From the IMG/VR virus record IMGVR_UViG_3300028048_003162: DNA of 64,000 bases, one strand, 5' to 3'. The position numbers and the translations under genes were made by a program. The notes under the pieces are model-generated. The model was not told where the DNA came from. It saw only the letters and a list, made by a program, of their open reading frames with translations, and did no database searches. Source of the stretch: an uncultured virus (IMG/VR IMGVR_UViG_3300028048_003162) (lineage: Duplodnaviria > Heunggongvirae > Uroviricota > Caudoviricetes). Positions 18,971 to 30,902 of this stretch are shown here, piece after piece (position 1 is the first letter of the stretch; each line of letters starts with the position of its first letter).

Positions 18971-21631
18971 ATGGGTAAGCTTAAAAAATTGTTTATAACA
19001 GGTTTAATATGTATGGGTGCACTTGGAGTTACAGGATGTACAAATACAGACTTGATGACATCAGCTAAAAATAATTTAAGTACCTCTATTTCAGATAGGG
19101 GTACAGTAAATAAGGAGTATGCTGACCAGTTATACGAGGAGGGTATACTCACAAAAAGTGATAGGGATGCAATAAAAAAGTCTATTAACACTGTAGTAAA
19201 GACATACACAAAAGGTATTGAAAAGTTGGATGAGAAAGATGCATCCGAGAAAGATGCAATGAGCGTATTAAATACCGTGGCTAAGGCAGTAAGTGATTAT
19301 ACATTGGCTGGTAATGGAAAACCTTCCTATATAGTACAGAGTAATGACAATGGATCATCTACACGGTTAGATTGGCATTCTAATGCTAAGGAAGAAGGTG
19401 GTGGACACTATTGTCCTAAAAATGAGAATGATGAATTTACATGTAGTCCTAAAGTACACCTGATAATGGTAAATAATTATAAGAAAGAACTTAAAGCAAA
19501 CTATACAGACTCTTATGTAATGAGTGATTACATTGAGGCATCCTTCTGGGGAGGTAGATGGAAAGGCAATCCTAAGTTAAGTAAACCTAAGATTAAAGAT
19601 GATGGTACATTGAAATATGGAAAAGACAAGAACAATTATGTAGATCCTATCAAGTTTTTAAGTACATCACAGGTAAAACAGCTTAACACAATTTCAAAAG
19701 TTCAGCTTTGCGTATTAAAATCTAGCATTACAGAAGGTACATTGAATAATGATGATAAAAGCGTACCATCAATTGATGGTGTCTCTGAAATTATTAAAAA
19801 GACAATAGATAGTTACAAAGATAACAGTATAGATTCAACTAAAGCAGCATCCATTTTGAAAAATTACTTTACAGATGTTAAGGTAGATGATAAACCTGTA
19901 TACCTCATAAACAATGAGGAAAAAGGGATGAAGAAGTATAGGCTTGTAGATGTATCAAAGAATAATGATGGTTCACATACTGGCGTAGGGTATGATCAGA
20001 TAGTACCAGATAAAGAATTAACAGATGCATTGCACATATGCTATTTGGAGTTTAATGGGGACTTCCTTGAGAATATGAAGTCATTAGGTTTGGAGACAAC
20101 ACGTATGTTTCTTCTGAAAGATGGTTCAGCTTGGAAAGCATACCTTATGGAATATCCATTATACACTATTGATGAAATATCAGACACAGGTAAGAATAAT
20201 AAGGTCAAAGCTACTTTTAAGAAGTCAGGTTTAGGAGTTAACTTATACACTCAGAAATGGATTAAATACCCTATTAAAAATGGTAGTTATGACTATGAGA
20301 GTGGTGCAGAGACAAATGTGAAAACTGGATACCTTACATTAGCAGGTGCTAGCAATAATAATGCTACAGGCCAGGCATCAGTTTTACTGAAGGGTTCAGG
20401 TACAAATTATATAGTAGACGGGGCAGGTGTAAAGAGAAGCTTTTTAACAGGAAGATTGATCTTGCAAGATTATTTGGAGGCAACTTATGCACCTGGATAT
20501 ACAGATGATGAAAATCTTGTTTGTTTTGGTAGAAAGATGAGAGTTAAGATGACTAACTCTAATTTCTTTAAGGATAAGAATGCACCTAAGACATCTATTA
20601 AAGATGATAAGACAGGTGTAACTTCTGAAAAGACAACTGTAAATTACAAGTTTATCAAGGATGAATCTTGTATAACATTTGTAGATCAAAAGGGCAAGCA
20701 AATAGAGAACTCACCTAGTTTGGGTATTACAGACTTGTGTGATGCTAGTGCATTGGACAATTCAGATTATACAAAAGCAACAGTAATAAGCATAGTTCCG
20801 AATGGAATGAAGCCTGAACATGTAAATGCATCATTTCAACAGGATTCATTACCTAATGAAAATGAGTTGGAATCATATAAAATTGATGATAAGGGTGCAA
20901 AGATAGGTAGTAAGAGCATTACATCAATAAAACCTGCAATAATGTTTCCTGGTAGTTCAATTGATAATGGAGACTATACATCTGATTCCCCTAAAATACA
21001 GAGGTTTTATTGCTTAACTACAACTAAAGGTTTGTTTGACTCAGGTTTGTTTAGTGACTGGATAAATAGTTCTGCATCAACTTGTTCCTTGGATTGGTGG
21101 AATAAGTTCCTTTCAAAGAATGGATATACATATAAACTTGATCATAATGACATAAATGATTATGTGAGTGGCAATTACAGTTATGAGATAAGTGAAAATG
21201 GTATTGTAGTACTAGACTTAAATGTTGTTGCAGCTATACAGAAGCAGTACAATAAAGAGGCAGATGCTAACAGAGTTATGGCTATAAGGACAGCATTTAA
21301 GGTAATAGGTTATATACTAATAATTTTTAGTATGTTTCTAATGTTGCTTTGGATTGTAGATACAAACATTGATGTTGGTGTTGGTTTCTTAAATAAAGTA
21401 AGTTTTGGACATTGGCAAGCAGTTAAATACCCTGAAGATATACCTGAAGGCAGCCTGGGAGATGTGGAGTACATGACAGCAGGCAAATTGTTTATGAGGT
21501 GTTTGGTGATTATATCATTGGGTATTTTGCTAATACTTGTAAATGTGTTCGATATAGTTGAAGTACTTCTTAGGTTGTTTGGACCAATAGCATTAGCATT
21601 AGAAGACTTAATCTCAGGAATGAGAGAATAA
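18971..21631 (+). CDS. Large lipoprotein with two C-terminal TM segments
   Basis: Start moved to ATG 18971 (GGAGGT RBS); lipobox VTGC; C-terminal hydrophobic helices. Confidence 0.75.
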   Translation: MGKLKKLFITGLICMGALGVTGCTNTDLMTSAKNNLSTSISDRGTVNKEYADQLYEEGILTKSDRDAIKKSINTVVKTYTKGIEKLDEKDASEKDAMSVLNTVAKAVSDYTLAGNGKPSYIVQSNDNGSSTRLDWHSNAKEEGGGHYCPKNENDEFTCSPKVHLIMVNNYKKELKANYTDSYVMSDYIEASFWGGRWKGNPKLSKPKIKDDGTLKYGKDKNNYVDPIKFLSTSQVKQLNTISKVQLCVLKSSITEGTLNNDDKSVPSIDGVSEIIKKTIDSYKDNSIDSTKAASILKNYFTDVKVDDKPVYLINNEEKGMKKYRLVDVSKNNDGSHTGVGYDQIVPDKELTDALHICYLEFNGDFLENMKSLGLETTRMFLLKDGSAWKAYLMEYPLYTIDEISDTGKNNKVKATFKKSGLGVNLYTQKWIKYPIKNGSYDYESGAETNVKTGYLTLAGASNNNATGQASVLLKGSGTNYIVDGAGVKRSFLTGRLILQDYLEATYAPGYTDDENLVCFGRKMRVKMTNSNFFKDKNAPKTSIKDDKTGVTSEKTTVNYKFIKDESCITFVDQKGKQIENSPSLGITDLCDASALDNSDYTKATVISIVPNGMKPEHVNASFQQDSLPNENELESYKIDDKGAKIGSKSITSIKPAIMFPGSSIDNGDYTSDSPKIQRFYCLTTTKGLFDSGLFSDWINSSASTCSLDWWNKFLSKNGYTYKLDHNDINDYVSGNYSYEISENGIVVLDLNVVAAIQKQYNKEADANRVMAIRTAFKVIGYILIIFSMFLMLLWIVDTNIDVGVGFLNKVSFGHWQAVKYPEDIPEGSLGDVEYMTAGKLFMRCLVIISLGILLILVNVFDIVEVLLRLFGPIALALEDLISGMRE

Positions 21632-21654
21632 TCATTTATGAAAGGATAGGAACA

Positions 21655-24600
21655 ATGAAAAAAGCTAAAGTACTCTTAAAAAGAATAGTGGCTGTTGCAT
21701 TGTGTGTATGCTCTATTAGTTCAGCAGTAATTGCATCAATACCAGTTGCTAAAGCAAGTGGAACTTCAATACTAGGCACTAATGAAGCATTGGGGTCGCC
21801 TGTCTTAAATAACAACTTCCTCTTGGAAGATTGGAACAAATGGGAAATGGTTTGTTGGGGCGTGTTTTTAAGTAACTTCTGTCAGCCTTTGATTGATGAC
21901 TATCAGTCAGCATTTCAAACTACAGGTACAGGAAGTAACGGAGCAGGATATAAAGCTTTATGCTTTGGTAGTGGCAGTGATCAGACAAATAATGAGACTA
22001 TTGAAAAGCTTTGCAATTATGCAATAGCACAGTCTCAGGCTGGTAACAACACTGTTTATGTAGCTTATACAAAGTTGAAGAAAACAAAACAGCCTGATGG
22101 AACAGAGGTTGGACAGCTTGGAAAAAAGAAAGATCCTAATAAGGATGATAAGGTAGTGAGACAGGCACACTTCAAGGATTTCTTCTTCCAGATGGAAGAG
22201 GATGATGGCACTACAGATGATGCTGATGCAAGTACAGATCCTAATTCATCATCTGGTACAAGTGGATCAACAACACAGGATGATTCAACTTGGGCTAATT
22301 CAAATGACACAACATATCCTTCCGGTACATTGAAAGAATATCAATTAGATCAGTATAATAAATTAGCAATGCTAAAAGAGGGAAAAGTACCTACCTTTTA
22401 TATTAAGAATACAGAGGGTAAATATGTTAAGCTTTTAGATTATACAAATCCTTGGGATGTGCAGATGATATCATTGATGATGAATGCTGTACGTAATTCA
22501 GATTATAAAAAGACATTTGTAAAAAACTTTGAGAGTTATTGGAGTACTAACCCTGTTGTGACAGCAGATCCATTTGCGAATATAATGGTCAGCAAGAAAA
22601 TGTTAATTCCTGCATGCGTAAATCAGAATATTACAACTGATAAACAGGTAAATATCATTAACTCTTGGGTAATGAATCATTACACAAATACATATACAGA
22701 TCAGCAAATTCTGCTAGGGCTTAGACAAAATAACAATGCTACACTTGGTACAAGAAATCTGTTGTTTGAGCCTTATCAAGCAGGATATCCTGCATTGGGA
22801 GAGACAAACATAGGTAGCATAGCATTGATGTACTACGATACAGACACTATAGTTGCTCAGTCATACTTAAATAGTAATAAGGTACCCGAGTATGGTAATA
22901 CCTTATTGACATTGTTTGGACAAAATGCAACTAAAAATAAGCACAAGTACACTCCTAAAATTGAGATTGCAGGCAATGGGGCACGTACAAAGAAATGGTT
23001 TCAGTCTACAACAGATACAGATGCAGTCATAACTAATACATTATATGTTTGTAGTTTATTACCTAATGTGCTCAAGTATAAAGATACAAACATTATCAAC
23101 TATATTGAGGACTTTCAGGGTAATAAAGTAAAACTTATGTCAGATAATCCTGTTGCAATTCCGATTCAGATGCTTACATCTACTGTCAACAACGAAAATA
23201 AAAAAGGTACTAATCAAGGAGCAGTAAGAAATTTCTATAATACATTGTATCAGGCATATGCAGGTAAGTTAAAGTATTCTGCAGACATGGATAGTGATGG
23301 TAAGATGGATAAAACATCAATCACTGATGAATTAACAGATACAACATTTGAGGACTTTAAGAATAAAGTAGTAGAGGACAGATTGTTTAAGAAGTTTAAG
23401 AAAATTGATACCCGTTATAAAAAAGTGGGTAATCTTGCTGGGATGTGGAGAGAGTTCTTTGACTATGGTAATGATGAGACATTCAATGATGATCATAATA
23501 GGGTAATTCTAGCATATCCTGTTTCTGATGTAATGAAAAACGTCAGCAATGTGTTGGGTATAGAGGACGGTACGGAATTTAGTGTGTACTCAACAATGAT
23601 TTATATGACCTACTTAAATTGGTATGGAATCACTAGTACTAACACAATGGCAACAGGTACAGAAAAGACAAGTAAGTTTAGTACAGATATATACAGTGAT
23701 AACCTTGATATTTTGAAATATGATCCTAGTGCTGATATCAATGCTAAATCAGAAGAGGACATGGAAAAAGAGGTATTACAGTATGGATATTTAATGTTAC
23801 ATCCTGAAGATGGTAGGTCATATAGAAAGACAATGGCACTAAATGGTTTAGCAGACTGGATGTATGAGGAATACAATAGAATTTGTTATGGTGGTTCTGA
23901 TAGCACTTACAATGGTACAGCATCAAGAAGTAATTCAGGCTTCTTAGCAGTTCAGTCATACAAGGAGAATTTCTTAACTAAACCTGTATTAAATGCTTAT
24001 GCTAACTTCTCTGTTTGGGCGATTGCAATATGTGCTATACTGATTGTCTTGGTGGGTATACTAAAACATAGAAAAGCAACTTGGTACTTATTGAGTTTTA
24101 TGTTTGCATTTAATGCAATATTGTTGGTACCTGCTTCGGGAGATATAGTACCTTATATTACATCGAACTTCGTTCAGAATATGTTTAGCAGCAAGATGAC
24201 TTATTGGTCAATCAGTCAGGGAATAACAAATGCAGCGGCTGAAAAAGAAGCAGCATCTGGAACTTTGGATTCTAGTTCAGACCTGACCAGTGAGGAGGCT
24301 CAAGAGGTCGTTAAATTAGTAAAACAGCTCAATAATGTTTATACTGATAGGTCACTAATGGTTAAGCAAGACATATCACAAAAAGTTACTCAAAAAGTTT
24401 CATCTTCATATTCAAGCATTCAGCAGTTGCAATCAGCAAGATGGTTATTACCTATGGTCATGCAACAGTTTACTGGAGACAAGGGTAATGAGGAGAATTA
24501 CATTTATAAATCATTATCTAACATATGGGATGATATGTCAAACTTCTATTGGTATTACAAACCTCAAGATGCTACATTTACAAATGCATCATCACCTACT

Positions 24601-26802
24601 GCAACGTCTGGACAGCAGACAGCAGATCAACAAGCAGCTGATGATAGTGGCACAACAAGTACAACCAGCACAACAAGTACGACAAGTACAGCCTCAAGTT
24701 CAAGTACAGGCAGTACAAGTGATACAGCAACAGGTACAGGAAATGCAACTTACAAGTCAATTTCAGAGAAATACAGTGAGATTGGTGCTATATACGCTGA
24801 TCATAAGAACACTAACAATGCTGAACAAACAGGAGTACACTATAAATGTTACTGTTATGAAGTAAACGGTGGCTCTGACAGTTTAGTTCACACAGTTGCA
24901 TACTATTTACCTAGAGGTACACGTCAGGTAGTTTCAAGAGGTAGCGACTTTACAGCAAACTATAAAAATGTTGACTCATGGCAGAGTTACATTGATAAGG
25001 CTTCAAAGACAAGTGGGGATCAATGGAGGACAGATGTAGATAATGGAGACATTGCTGGATTTGAGACAACAGCAGATTCTTATGATAGGACAGACAGAAG
25101 TACTATTACAGAGGATATGGAATATCTTATAAGCACTGAATCTCCTATGTATTACATGTACAACACAGTTAAAGACACATTTGATAATTCAAAGACACTT
25201 GGATACTTAATTGGACAGTTGCAAGGTAACATTAAGAGTACAACAGACAGTGATGGAAATACAGAGGACATTAGAGATAACTTCATGTATGCAACAAGGT
25301 CTGATGGAAGCACTACAAACAGTGAAGGACAATTAACAGATGATGAAGCATCTAATAATTATACAGGCTGGGTAAGAGATGTAGTTGACTTGGAGGAAAT
25401 GTTTAATAACATGATGCCTTATATGTATCAAGTTCAGCTTGAGACAGGTGGTTTTGATGGAGTCTCTGGAGTTCTGAAAGATAAAGAGATAACAGACAAG
25501 TTGCCTATGTACGAAGGCACTAAACAGTCTTGGATGTACAGATCTAATTGGGTTACAAAGATCATGGAAAATCCTGAATACAGCAAACCAGAGACAGCTA
25601 TGACAGCTGATGGAAAGAGTTTTACAGTGAATAATCCTGTGTTACCTGAAAGTTATACAAACAGAGACATGGTGTTTAGTGAGGCACAGCAAAAAGCAGC
25701 TGGATTGTCGGATGATGATTTAACACTCGTTGAGTTAAAATGTGTAGAGTGCAATAAAAAGATTGCTAAGCAGTGGACATTGCTGATCAACTATGCAGGA
25801 ACTTCTGGTTTGACAAAAGAAGTGGTTTATAGACAGATGGCTACAGACGCAGCATTGATATTCTGCGATGAGTTCAGTACAAGTGGAATTCTTAACACTA
25901 AATATGACTTATATCCTCAGTCACTGGATTTGAGATACATTTCATTTGATAGTGTCATGAAAATGTTAGTAATGAACATTTCAAAAGATACAAGTTACTC
26001 TTATGGAAATACAATGTCAACATTGATTACAAATGAGAGTGCAGTAACAGGAGCGTTCTTGTTGATAGATGCATTTATTTGTTCCTATGTAGTTTCATTT
26101 ATAAGAGTAATACTTATGGCTTTGATTTTCTACTTAGGATTTGTAGCAATGTTACAATCAATATTTAGTAGTGGCAAGGCTAAAGCAAAGGTTGCATGCG
26201 GACAGATAACACAGAACATATTATTCTGTGGTTTAACCATTGTATATTATGCACTGTTTGCATTGATGATGAAAATATCATCAAATGATGAGGTGTTGTC
26301 AGTAAATAGTGTACAGACGAGTGCAGGAAACCCCGTATGGATGTTAGTGATAGTACTTGTAATAAGTGTGGTTTATACAGTTCTTATGGTAAAGATGATT
26401 AAGTTCTGTGTACTTACTTACAGAGATATGGGTTTTGCGGCAATGTCAATGGTTGCAAGTGGAATTGTTGGCAGACTTAGAGACACAATTGGAGGACTTG
26501 GAGATAAGATTTCTGACTCTGTCAATGGCATAGCAGAAGCTGATGTAACTTCTAATACAGATAGTATTGAAGGCAGTGGAAATATGGAAGGACAGGCACA
26601 GAATGTTAATGTCGTTGAAGCTAATAATCAAACAATAAAAATTGAAAACAATACAAAAGATGAGGATCAGCAGAGCCCTGATGTTTATAATGGAGCATAT
26701 TCAAGTGGAGATGTAGACAATGTTGATGAGACTGGTGGCATGACCGCTGAGGATATAGATGCTCAGATTAGGGCTGGACAAGAAATAGAAAGTGATTCTT
26801 AA
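21655..26802 (+). CDS. Giant polytopic membrane protein with large extracellular domains (VirB6-like candidate)
   Basis: 1715 aa; signal peptide ending AKA; central and C-terminal TM clusters; S/T-rich linkers; lies upstream of VirB4-like gene (VirB6 role inferred). Confidence 0.65.
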   Translation: MKKAKVLLKRIVAVALCVCSISSAVIASIPVAKASGTSILGTNEALGSPVLNNNFLLEDWNKWEMVCWGVFLSNFCQPLIDDYQSAFQTTGTGSNGAGYKALCFGSGSDQTNNETIEKLCNYAIAQSQAGNNTVYVAYTKLKKTKQPDGTEVGQLGKKKDPNKDDKVVRQAHFKDFFFQMEEDDGTTDDADASTDPNSSSGTSGSTTQDDSTWANSNDTTYPSGTLKEYQLDQYNKLAMLKEGKVPTFYIKNTEGKYVKLLDYTNPWDVQMISLMMNAVRNSDYKKTFVKNFESYWSTNPVVTADPFANIMVSKKMLIPACVNQNITTDKQVNIINSWVMNHYTNTYTDQQILLGLRQNNNATLGTRNLLFEPYQAGYPALGETNIGSIALMYYDTDTIVAQSYLNSNKVPEYGNTLLTLFGQNATKNKHKYTPKIEIAGNGARTKKWFQSTTDTDAVITNTLYVCSLLPNVLKYKDTNIINYIEDFQGNKVKLMSDNPVAIPIQMLTSTVNNENKKGTNQGAVRNFYNTLYQAYAGKLKYSADMDSDGKMDKTSITDELTDTTFEDFKNKVVEDRLFKKFKKIDTRYKKVGNLAGMWREFFDYGNDETFNDDHNRVILAYPVSDVMKNVSNVLGIEDGTEFSVYSTMIYMTYLNWYGITSTNTMATGTEKTSKFSTDIYSDNLDILKYDPSADINAKSEEDMEKEVLQYGYLMLHPEDGRSYRKTMALNGLADWMYEEYNRICYGGSDSTYNGTASRSNSGFLAVQSYKENFLTKPVLNAYANFSVWAIAICAILIVLVGILKHRKATWYLLSFMFAFNAILLVPASGDIVPYITSNFVQNMFSSKMTYWSISQGITNAAAEKEAASGTLDSSSDLTSEEAQEVVKLVKQLNNVYTDRSLMVKQDISQKVTQKVSSSYSSIQQLQSARWLLPMVMQQFTGDKGNEENYIYKSLSNIWDDMSNFYWYYKPQDATFTNASSPTATSGQQTADQQAADDSGTTSTTSTTSTTSTASSSSTGSTSDTATGTGNATYKSISEKYSEIGAIYADHKNTNNAEQTGVHYKCYCYEVNGGSDSLVHTVAYYLPRGTRQVVSRGSDFTANYKNVDSWQSYIDKASKTSGDQWRTDVDNGDIAGFETTADSYDRTDRSTITEDMEYLISTESPMYYMYNTVKDTFDNSKTLGYLIGQLQGNIKSTTDSDGNTEDIRDNFMYATRSDGSTTNSEGQLTDDEASNNYTGWVRDVVDLEEMFNNMMPYMYQVQLETGGFDGVSGVLKDKEITDKLPMYEGTKQSWMYRSNWVTKIMENPEYSKPETAMTADGKSFTVNNPVLPESYTNRDMVFSEAQQKAAGLSDDDLTLVELKCVECNKKIAKQWTLLINYAGTSGLTKEVVYRQMATDAALIFCDEFSTSGILNTKYDLYPQSLDLRYISFDSVMKMLVMNISKDTSYSYGNTMSTLITNESAVTGAFLLIDAFICSYVVSFIRVILMALIFYLGFVAMLQSIFSSGKAKAKVACGQITQNILFCGLTIVYYALFALMMKISSNDEVLSVNSVQTSAGNPVWMLVIVLVISVVYTVLMVKMIKFCVLTYRDMGFAAMSMVASGIVGRLRDTIGGLGDKISDSVNGIAEADVTSNTDSIEGSGNMEGQAQNVNVVEANNQTIKIENNTKDEDQQSPDVYNGAYSSGDVDNVDETGGMTAEDIDAQIRAGQEIESDS

Positions 26803-26819
26803 ATTTAGTGTTGGTTTTG

Positions 26820-26855
26820 AGGCTAGGTTGAGGAACGACCTAGCCTTTTATTTTT
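26820..26855 (+). terminator. Rho-independent terminator
   Basis: AGGCTAGGT/ACCTAGCCT stem plus T run. Confidence 0.8.
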
Positions 26856-26875
26856 GGACAAGGAGAAATTGAGAG

Positions 26876-28039
26876 ATGGCAAATGTAACAAGAAGAAGAA
26901 AATATGTAGACAGTGGCGGTGGTATGTTTATACCTATGAATGTAGAGGGAGGTACTTGGAATGAGCATTTCATCACTACTCCTAAACTTGTAACCATAGG
27001 CTGTATGTTCGCAGCATTGCTATTTTTGTGTTCATACTTAGCAAGTATAAATTCATCAGTAGCAGGCTACATATTGTGGATAGCAGTCTGGTTTTTCTGT
27101 TGCATTCAAATTACTAGGTTTATCATATTTGAGGAAAAGTATTACTATAGAATGTATTTGGAGTTGCAGGAACATGAAATTTCTACACCTTCATTATTTT
27201 GGAACATTGCATCTATGAATGATACAGAGGATGGAGCAGTTATGACATACTCTGATGGTAAGGTTGGCATTGTAGTTAAAATTGAGCGTGACACAATTAC
27301 AGGTAAGACAAAGGATTTTGAAGAGACACATTATGATGCGATTTCAGACTTCTATAAAGAGGTCATTAGTAATAGATATTCATTCATGCAAATGAATATC
27401 ATGGAGCAGGCAGGAAAAGATCCTAGACTTGCTGAATTATCAAAGATAGTTTATAAGAGTGACAATGAGAATATTTGCAAGCTTATGGAGATGGAGGTCG
27501 GTCACATTAAGAATATCACTCATAAGTCATTATATGAAAGCGATTACTTCTTGTTTTATACAAATGACATTACAAAAGTAGATACAATCATACAGGACAT
27601 TACAGAGTGCATATTTAAGTTACTTGATGGAGCATATATAGGTTTTCAGATACTTACAAGTAAAGGTATAGTTGACCTGGTAAAGGAGATATATGGCGTT
27701 AACTATTTTAACTCTACAGAAGCTAGTTTGTTGATGTTTAGTGATGAGTATAAGGCAACGGTTCCTCCTTTCAACCTTGTAGGTCTGAAGTGGACAGATG
27801 GAAATGTGCAAGAGTTAACACCTGCAGAAAGAAATAGACTCAGAAACATAACTAGTAGTGTAGTTAATGGTAGCATTGATATGGGAGAGGTATCCTTGAA
27901 AAAGGCAGTATATAGAAAGGAAGAAAAGAATAATATATTTGATGATATGGGTATTGAAGAGCTCAAGAGCAATATTGAGAATTTCAGTACAGATATAGTT
28001 AATGAATCATCAGACGATGATGAATACATAGACATATAA
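26876..28039 (+). CDS. Two-TM protein with cytoplasmic domain (PrgI/TcpE/VirB3-like candidate)
   Basis: Two N-terminal TMs followed by a soluble alpha/beta region; position in the T4SS-like cluster (role inferred). Confidence 0.55.
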   Translation: MANVTRRRKYVDSGGGMFIPMNVEGGTWNEHFITTPKLVTIGCMFAALLFLCSYLASINSSVAGYILWIAVWFFCCIQITRFIIFEEKYYYRMYLELQEHEISTPSLFWNIASMNDTEDGAVMTYSDGKVGIVVKIERDTITGKTKDFEETHYDAISDFYKEVISNRYSFMQMNIMEQAGKDPRLAELSKIVYKSDNENICKLMEMEVGHIKNITHKSLYESDYFLFYTNDITKVDTIIQDITECIFKLLDGAYIGFQILTSKGIVDLVKEIYGVNYFNSTEASLLMFSDEYKATVPPFNLVGLKWTDGNVQELTPAERNRLRNITSSVVNGSIDMGEVSLKKAVYRKEEKNNIFDDMGIEELKSNIENFSTDIVNESSDDDEYIDI

Positions 28040-28064
28040 AAATATGGAAGGAGACAATTAAAAG

Positions 28065-30770
28065 ATGAGGATATTGTTATCAGGTGGTCTAAAGACACAG
28101 AATATTATTAGTGGAGTCAGTAAGAAGTTTACTTCTAGCGGTGATGAGTTTATTGTGGAGACATTCCTTGACTCCGTTACTTCAATTTTTGCTAAGGGAG
28201 ATTATTTTGATAGAGCACTGATTACAGATCAGAGCATTACTAAAGAGGGAGAGATCACAGACGAAAGTGAAATCAGACAGAGAATAAATAACTTTGCATT
28301 GGAGATGGCAGCTAAAAATAAGAGATACAGCTTTGTATTTCTTACACAGCATAAACATATGGCAGAGATTATTTATGAAGAGATCCTTCCTATTTTAGAT
28401 GACAGCGTTGTAATTTATAAAAAGCCTAAGTATTCAGTACAGTTCTTTGTTGAGTTGATCATTACCGATGTAAAACAGATGCCTAAGGAATGGGTTTATT
28501 CAGCAGAGGATATTGTGGTTGATACACCTGAAACAGATAACGAGCAACCAGAGGAAGAGGTAGATCCTATGGCAGATATGGATGTGCCTGAGGATACATT
28601 CACAGCAACAGCAATTCCTCATGATATGGACAGTGATTTCTTTGGTAAGGCAGAGGAAATTGATAGTGATAAACTTAATGGTTTATTTGAGGGCACTGAA
28701 CTTGACACAGACGAGCTTGGTTTACCTGAAGGAGCAGAGGAAGAAGAGGGAGATGGCTTCACTGGAGGATTTGGAGATGGCTTTGGGGACAGTTTTGGTA
28801 GCTTCAGTGAAAATGAAGACAGCATAGGAGAAAATGAGCAGGGATTTAACAATGGCTTCAGCGATTTTGCAGATACACAGGATAGTGGGTTTGGAGACAC
28901 AGGAGAAAATGAGGCTAGTCTTGGAGAAAATGGGTTTGTGCAGGATGATGAGACAATAGATACAGATGATATTCAGCCTATTGTACAGTCTGGGGATATG
29001 GCAGACCTTACTGAAGATGAGAATGACACAGATGAAATTCCTGTAGACATGGGCAACAATGAGTTTAACATGAATAGTAATAACTTTGGACACCTTGAGG
29101 GATTTGATGATTCATTTGAGGATGAAGACAACAGTGAACAGGAGGCAGAGTCAGAAATAGATCCTTCATTATTTGATGACACAAGTTCATTGATGGGTAA
29201 TAATGAAAACACTGGGTTTGAAAGCAACAGCAGTAATGAATTTGAGGAAAGCAACAATAATTTTGAAAATAACACTGAAACACCTGAGGAAAGCAATGAG
29301 TTTGGTACACAGGGTTTAGGAAATGCAGCTGGATTCATAGCTGGTGCAGCTACAGCAACTGTATTGAACAATGGGTTAAACAGTGGAAATGGTTTAATTG
29401 ACAATAATGGGAATCAGCAGAGCAATAATGGTTTACTGGAGGGCTTTGATGATGAGGAGGAAACAGCAGTGACTGAAAACGACAGCTTCAACGATAATGC
29501 TAGTGGGTTTGGGTTTAATGACTATGGTTATGAAAATAATAACACTAATAATGCGGCAGCACCTCTGGTAGATGGTGGAGATTACAGTGGAGATTCAGAC
29601 ATGGAGTTTGGACCTGACGACTATGCTGATGATATGGCAGACAATGACGAGAATGCTCAAGAGCAGTATCAAAATGATATTGCCGAACAGGTAGCAAGAA
29701 CTCAAGGTGCCTTTGGTATGGAAGATTATCAGGAGCAGGAAGATGAGAACAGCTTAATGAGTCAGCAAAACGTACAGGCAAATAATCAGAGACCTGCTAA
29801 GAAAAAGGGTGGACTATTTAGCAAAGTTAAAAAGACAGTGTCTGGTGCAGTGAGTACACAGCATAATGAAGAGGAAGAAACAATTAGACCTGTTGTAAAT
29901 AAGAAAGCCACATCTTCATCAAATGCTAACAAGATTAAAGAGGATTTAAGACCTTTTGCAGCTAGAGGAAACTCTATATTAGTAACTGGTTGCGGTGGAT
30001 GTGGAACAAGTACAATAGCGTTTAACTTGGCAAACATTATTTGTCAGCTAGGATACACAGTTTTACTTGTGGACATGGATACAGAAGAGAGGACACAGAA
30101 TTATATCTCTAAATTGAACTATGAGAGCATGGAAGCAGAGGGAGCTAACTTGATGGTTGCCGTTAATAGCACTACAGGAATTAGTAAAGACGTAAGTGTT
30201 GTTAAGACAGGTTTTCATTTATTGACAATGGGAATTGCAACAGACACAGCTCCTGTAGAGGATATACTTCACAAAGAAAAGATTGCAAGGTTTATTAACT
30301 TGGCTAAGACATCATATAATTTTGTAATCTATGATGTTCCTTTTAAGGAAACAGTTGGTTTCTTAAGTGACATTACTTATATGTGTGACAACTTGGTATT
30401 AACAGTAGATGCTAGCAACTGGGGAATTACAAAGACATTGTTATCAATGTGTAACATTGATTCAGATGATATGCAGGATACAATGTTTAGTAGAGCACAG
30501 TTAGTGTTTAACAAACAGAGAAGTTTAAGTAGGGTACTTGGTACAAAAGTAAGAAGCTGTCATGACATTGTAAAGGCAATGGATAAAAAAGTGAAAGAGC
30601 TTATAGGAGAGGATCCTGGCTATCATTTCGAGGATTTACACATTGCTGGAATTATTAACGATGACCCTGTATTTGAGGATGGTTGGTTTGAACAGGTTCA
30701 GTACTCTGATACAAGAAAGGGTCAGGCAATATTCCTTGAGTTAGCAGATAACATTATACTTAAGAAATAA
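28065..30770 (+). CDS. CpaE/TadZ- or ParA/MinD-like ATPase with N-terminal receiver-like domain and long acidic linker
   Basis: LVTGCGGCGTSTIAFNLA, TVLLVDMD, YNFVIYDVP, LVFNK; long D/E/N/F-rich linker. Confidence 0.8.
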   Translation: MRILLSGGLKTQNIISGVSKKFTSSGDEFIVETFLDSVTSIFAKGDYFDRALITDQSITKEGEITDESEIRQRINNFALEMAAKNKRYSFVFLTQHKHMAEIIYEEILPILDDSVVIYKKPKYSVQFFVELIITDVKQMPKEWVYSAEDIVVDTPETDNEQPEEEVDPMADMDVPEDTFTATAIPHDMDSDFFGKAEEIDSDKLNGLFEGTELDTDELGLPEGAEEEEGDGFTGGFGDGFGDSFGSFSENEDSIGENEQGFNNGFSDFADTQDSGFGDTGENEASLGENGFVQDDETIDTDDIQPIVQSGDMADLTEDENDTDEIPVDMGNNEFNMNSNNFGHLEGFDDSFEDEDNSEQEAESEIDPSLFDDTSSLMGNNENTGFESNSSNEFEESNNNFENNTETPEESNEFGTQGLGNAAGFIAGAATATVLNNGLNSGNGLIDNNGNQQSNNGLLEGFDDEEETAVTENDSFNDNASGFGFNDYGYENNNTNNAAAPLVDGGDYSGDSDMEFGPDDYADDMADNDENAQEQYQNDIAEQVARTQGAFGMEDYQEQEDENSLMSQQNVQANNQRPAKKKGGLFSKVKKTVSGAVSTQHNEEEETIRPVVNKKATSSSNANKIKEDLRPFAARGNSILVTGCGGCGTSTIAFNLANIICQLGYTVLLVDMDTEERTQNYISKLNYESMEAEGANLMVAVNSTTGISKDVSVVKTGFHLLTMGIATDTAPVEDILHKEKIARFINLAKTSYNFVIYDVPFKETVGFLSDITYMCDNLVLTVDASNWGITKTLLSMCNIDSDDMQDTMFSRAQLVFNKQRSLSRVLGTKVRSCHDIVKAMDKKVKELIGEDPGYHFEDLHIAGIINDDPVFEDGWFEQVQYSDTRKGQAIFLELADNIILKK

Positions 30771-30902
30771 AGAAAAGACACAGCTTAGAAAGAGAGATAC
30801 ATGTGAGAGTTGGGAAAATAAATATAGAAAAGACATAAGAATTGGGAAAGCACATGTAGAGAAAGTCATTTAGGAAATATAAATAGCATGGAGGAAAGAT
30901 AA

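Noticed and set aside
30771..30902. Short repeats (ACATGT, TTGGGAAA) in the intergenic gap
   Set aside because: Only two short copies of each; not distinguishable from chance.
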